Source of the DNA: a virus
Taxonomy: Duplodnaviria; Caudoviricetes
Length of the DNA stretch: 56,048 nucleotides
IMG/VR virus record: IMGVR_UViG_3300031180_000001
Location: 1 to 56,048 of that record
Reading direction: 5' to 3' (one strand)
Shown here: one piece after another, positions 54,829 through 56,048 of the stretch
Position numbering within the stretch: the stretch's first letter is position 1
Layout: every line of letters starts with the position of its first letter
The notes under the pieces: model-generated
What the model was told of the DNA's origin: nothing
Seen by the model: the letters and a program-made list of their open reading frames with translations, nothing else
Database searches by the model: none
Translations under genes and position numbers: made by a program

Positions 54829-55021
54829 AATCGCTCAACATTTGGAGTTGTCGCTCAAACGAATCCGCTCAGCAAAATTCATTTTCACCTGGACGGATTC
54901 GTTCGGCGAAATTCATTTCGCTTGATGCATAGTCGCTCAGCAAATGGCAAATCCGCTCAATGAAATTCGCTCAGCAAAATTTAATTTCGTAAAAGCAAAT
55001 TCATTCGACGAGATTCATTTT
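54829..55021. repeat. Degenerate 34-bp-period array, 6 units (2 x 102 bp)
   Basis: ATTCGCTCAGCAAAATTCATTTT-like units start at 54829, 54863, 54897, 54931, 54965 and 54999. Confidence 0.75.
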
Positions 55022-55519
55022 GCGCGTCTGGATCACCGGGGTGCTCGGATGGGCGGGCGACCAGGGTTAAGGAAGGGTTGAAATCAATATGCTGCAATTG
55101 AGAATTAGTAACAGATCGCTAACCATAGATGTTAGTCATATAACTGACTGTGTAAGACGGATCGTCTCTTTGCGCCCATCGGTGTGCGAGCTGTTTGTCT
55201 CCGGCGTCGTAGGAACGAAAGCGAATGTAGGGTGTGGATTCGGCTCACTCGACGCTCAAATTATCGGCACGTTGCCTGCGGGTGTTCGACGGCGGTCGCA
55301 GGTGAACGGGCCTCACCCATGCGTGCTGTCGCCCACCTGCGACCGTTGAAAGTTAGTTTCAACCTGTGGGGCTGCGTGTCGGTGATCGGAGCCTGGGCAA
55401 CTCGATGTTCGATGTCGGCTCCGGTGACTGTTCGTGCGCCCGCAGCTCGCCCTCACTGCCCGCGCCACCGGCCGCCGCACACCCGCGAATGCCCACACCC
55501 TCGCTCACGCGCGCAAGGG

Positions 55520-55802
55520 CAGACTCTATTCTGGAGTTCCAAGGTAAGCCCACGCCAGATTCTATTCTGGAGCTTCAAGGTAAGCCCGCTCAGGAGCGCG
55601 AGCCCGAGCCCACAGTCGGCGGCAGGCGCGCAGACTCTATTCTGGAGTTCCAAGGTAAGCCCAAGCCAGACTCTATTTTGAAGCTCCAAGGTAAGCCCCA
55701 TCACTCTCGCGCGAGCGGTCGAGCGGCCGATGGCCAGACTCTATTCTGGAGTTCCAAGGTAAGCCCAAGCCAGACTCTATTTTGAAGCTCCAAGGTAAGC
55801 TC
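55520..55802. repeat. Six 32-bp repeats CAGACTCTATTYTGRAGYTYCAAGGTAAGCCC in three pairs
   Basis: Starts at 55520, 55556, 55631, 55667, 55735 and 55771; gaps of 4, 43, 4, 36 and 4 nt. Confidence 0.95.
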
Positions 55803-55905
55803 TCGGGCGAGCGCGGTAGGGCTATATTGCTATCGGACGGGCGAGAATTCGGGAGGGTTGTAGAAACAACTCAAAATAGTTCTGCCTCGACGCGGCTGCC
55901 GTTCT

Positions 55906-56048
55906 GCCGCCTCGACGATCAGCCGCCTCGACGATCAGCCGCCTCGACGATCAGCCGCCTCGACGATCAGCCGCCTCGACGATCAGCCGCCTCGACGATC
56001 AGCCGCCTCGACGATCAGCCGCCTCGACGATCAGCCGCCTCGACGATC
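55906..56048. repeat. Perfect 16-bp tandem repeat GCCGCCTCGACGATCA, ~9 copies, running off the contig end
   Basis: Read directly from the sequence. Confidence 0.97.

Larger units (their letters stand above)
1..56048. mobile_element. Temperate Chi-like (Casjensviridae-type) siphophage genome, near complete, non-integrated form
   Basis: Replication, lambda-type terminase/portal/capsid, tail, lysis and integration modules are all present in Chi-like order. attP is intact, no host genes flank the sequence, and both ends lie in the same repeat family. Confidence 0.9.

Noticed and set aside
55089-55785. ORFs across the right non-coding region
   Set aside because: Several frames are open because of GC-rich repeats; no recognisable domains or convincing RBS.
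55520-55802. Canonical CRISPR array
   Set aside because: Gaps alternate 4/43/4/36/4 nt, the repeat ends are unlike CRISPR repeats, and no cas genes are present. Kept as an unexplained array.
54829-55802. TIGR-like guide array (34-36-bp periodicity)
   Set aside because: No box C/D-type dual-spacer layout and no Nop-domain effector recognised.

Overview
The window looks like a near-complete (~56 kb) genome of a temperate, lambda-head, long-tailed siphophage with Chi-like (Casjensviridae-type) gene order. The host is very probably an alphaproteobacterium, judged from GcrA, GapR, a DUF2793-type fibre and a GTA-type TIM-barrel domain. Left to right: a repeat-rich non-coding end with a cosQ/cosN-like site and an iteron cluster; a leftward primase-helicase and Cro-like gene; a rightward replication module (DUF2800 nuclease, DUF2815 SSB, family-B DNA polymerase, VRR-NUC, SNF2 helicase); an inserted lysogeny cassette (repressor, intact attP with a tRNA 3'-end core, P4-like integrase, AlpA); terminase, head, tail and lysis genes; a leftward accessory arm (three DNA methyltransferases, TSCPD, GapR, DUF3310, ThyX, ParB-like, MazG-like, dCMP deaminase, ligase, GcrA); and a right non-coding end with three different repeat arrays. 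Both contig ends break inside the same GC-rich repeat family. The most notable observations are: (1) an acidic-hydrophobic C-terminal tag shared by nine unrelated proteins; (2) a 17-bp palindromic operator-like motif at about 18 gene junctions; (3) a C5 methyltransferase split over two overlapping frames with repeated WPTP modules; (4) a paired 32-bp repeat/spacer array with GANTC in every copy, upstream of gcrA; (5) a GTA TIM-barrel domain inserted in the baseplate hub protein; (6) a highly structured ~260-nt intergenic element. All family assignments come from motif recognition by eye; no database searches were run.
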